From Utricularia gibba (lineage: Eukaryota > Plantae > Magnoliophyta), in assembly GCA_002189035.1 (NCBI GenBank), contig NEEC01000002.1:1860001-1924000 (forward strand): a stretch of DNA of 64,000 nt. Reading direction: 5' to 3'. The translations under genes were made by a program, and so were the position numbers. The notes under the pieces are model-generated. The model worked only from the letters and a program-made list of their open reading frames with translations. It was not told the DNA's origin and made no database searches. Below, piece by piece: positions 61,599 through 64,000 of the stretch (position 1 is the stretch's first letter; the number at the start of each line of letters is the position of its first letter).

Positions 61599-63412
61599 TT
61601 AGCCTGCAGGCTCAGTGGCTACAGTGTAAAACAACGGGAAGTATGTAGAGCTTTAACAGTTTATGAAATAAGAACTGGACTTCAACTCCTCTTTCCCCTC
61701 TTCCTTTTTGGTAAAAAACAAGATAAAAAAAATAGGTTCATAACAAATACACGCCTGAATGAATCACATATATTATATGGAAAATAAAGAGGATCTTTAA
61801 ATTTACTTCATATGACACAGATTTATCATTAGTAAACAGATTAGGCATACCTCCATCTTCTGGAAGTTCTGTGGTCCATAAGGTAAGATTGTCCCTAAGA
61901 AGCTGTAAGATGAGAGTGCTCTCTTTGTAGGACTCTTCATTAAGATTATCAAGCTCAGAGATGGCTTCATCAAAAGCTTGTTTTGCAAGGTGGCAAGCTC
62001 TGTATAAAATATATCAGTTATAACATTCGAGAATTATCAATATAACTTGGGATTCCTGGCCAAGCATGTAAAACAAAAAAAAAAAAATCCGGTTTCATGG
62101 ACAAAGTCAGAGATAACCTCTCAGGAGAATTTAAGATCTCATAGTAGAAGACAGAGAAGTTGAGTGCCACACCAAGTCGGATGGGATGCGTTGGAGGTAG
62201 ATCATTAGTGGCACTAGTGGCAGCCTGCAACATAAAATATCGATGATGTGGATAAAATATTTCTGATGTCTGTCAAGCCAGGGATGGAGAAAAGTCTTCA
62301 GGGGAATGCAACCCCAAACCACGTGGGACTGGGAAAAAAATAAAATGCACGCAAACCTCATATGCCTTGAGGGACTTTTCTGCTACCTCTTTTCGATCAT
62401 CTCCTGTTTTGAACTCAGCTAAATATCGATAGTAGTCCCCCATCCTATATTAGCATTTGGAAAAACGAAAACAAAAATGTTTTCTTAAAGGACAATAGAG
62501 CAAAAAAATTAAGAGCAGGAACACTGAAGTGATGCACAAAACCAACTGCATGAAAAAACCCTTTGTTCAGAAGCAAATGCAGTGCGGATGTAATATTGAA
62601 TGCGATAATGAAATCTTTTAACAACCACCACAAAGCAATAATGCATTGCCTTTGGAAGTCGTTTTAGCCAGTATCTATGCCAGAACTTACATTTTGTAGT
62701 AAAAAACAGACGATTCCCCGGATGATGAAGGAAGGAGGTGCTCATCAATCACTGATAATATATCCAGGCATATCTTAGTAAGCTCATCTTCAACACTCTG
62801 TCTGTACGTCTTAATTCTCTTCACATTCAGTTCATGGCCCCTGGTTTCCTCTTTTTGCTCAATCGATGACAAGATGCGCCATGATGCCCTTCTGCCTCCA
62901 ATTACATGCTTGTAGCCAACGGAGACTAGATTTCGTTCTTCAACTGTCAGCTCAACACCAAATCTAGCCACTTGTTTCATAGCTTCAACCATCTCTGAAA
63001 TTAGAACTCCGTAAATGAAAAGTGAAGACTTCACCCAAAGCAAACCACAAATCATATTGAAAGCTGCTTAATACTTTTCATTTGTACACACTACAAAAAA
63101 AAAAAATTGAACAAAAAGGGAAAACACACACACAGACACACATATTCCTGAGGAGTGCAATTCTAACATCAGAATGAACACCACAAAATCAGAAATAAGT
63201 GAACTTGTATGTACGAACAAAGCCCAAAGGAAAATCGAAGAACAAGTTTTCTCGAGTACCCAGATCATGTTCTTTCTCAACTAAAAATGACCCCCACTTT
63301 CAAACCCATAAATGCCCAGGGGATTTGTCAAAGATAATGGTGCACCTTCATATCTCTCGGCCTGCTCTGCAAGCCTGGCCAAGTAAACTTGCTGCTCTCT
63401 CTCCCTCTCCAT
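61599..63412 (-). CDS. GRF: 14-3-3 protein, epsilon group, divergent
   Basis: Exons 63412-63346, 62994-62691, 62444-62357, 62224-62118, 61999-61851 and a probable short last exon 61618-61599 (uncertain). [55 protein letters not shown] and [10 protein letters not shown]. Confidence 0.93.
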
Positions 63413-64000
63413 TGCTGCCTCTGATGGAGGATGATGGGTTCTCTCTCAAGTTTTAAACTGTAAAATCGGAAACTGTGCCGGCTAAGGGGTAGAAGAATCT
63501 GCATCCCCCCTAGAATCTCTAGATCGACGGGTAAAGTCTTGGTGGATGAAATGGGTGGGCACAGGACAGCCGTTGGATCATCTCATCCTCCACAACTGCA
63601 ACGCGACGGGTATGGAGTGATCAGTTTCTCTCCTGTGTTTTTTATATTATTTACACGAAAAGCCATGAGCCGCCAACTCAACTCAACCCAATGACGCAGA
63701 CAGCGGTTTATCCTTGAAGCATTTCCGATGCGGACACAAAACAAGAAAAAGCTCATACATACAAATGGGAATATGCTTTGGGGCCTTACGGATTCTTTCC
63801 TTTTTCTGTACATGCAACGCTTATCGTTCTTATTGGACACCTCCGCCATGTCCTTGCAACAATCTGCCAACAGGGGTCCTCCTTTACCTATTCTCTACCT
63901 GCGTACACGGTCGCTGCATGCCCCCCATGTTCGCCTTGCGGCTCCACAGGAAAGGAATACCACATTGCCATCTTGTCCTTGAAAAAAGTTTTCACCTTCA

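Noticed and set aside
63580-64000. Exon-like minus-strand sequence at the window edge
   Set aside because: May be the 3' end of the next gene, but no frame gives a recognisable protein within the window.

Overview
Gene-dense eudicot plant nuclear DNA; the species cannot be identified from the sequence. There are 16 apparently functional protein genes, most with short GT-AG introns. In order: GARS/PUR2, sugar transporter STP, RING1-like E3, PTPA, SRM1/DIV-like MYB, PMI, a KH-domain SF1-like protein, a clade A and a clade B AT-hook (AHL) gene, ATL RING-H2, PIX13/PBL-type RLCK-VII, an E-class PPR, an uncharacterised AT2G45250-like gene, TXNL4B/DIM1-like, RAP2-4 ERF and NudC-domain protein, plus a divergent epsilon-group 14-3-3 as the 17th. 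Two intron-bearing gene relics (NOP56 and AtEH/Pan1) are invisible in the ORF track. A few TE remnants are present. I found no tRNA, rRNA, snRNA, recognisable miRNA or CRISPR. Seven one-base frameshifts, all in homopolymer runs, break four otherwise intact genes and are probably assembly errors. The most unusual observation is a ~340 bp duplication of the transcription start, non-coding exon 1 and intron 1 shared by two adjacent unrelated genes. All homology calls come from recalled family motifs and hand translation, not from database searches. I did not find a clearly new biological system.
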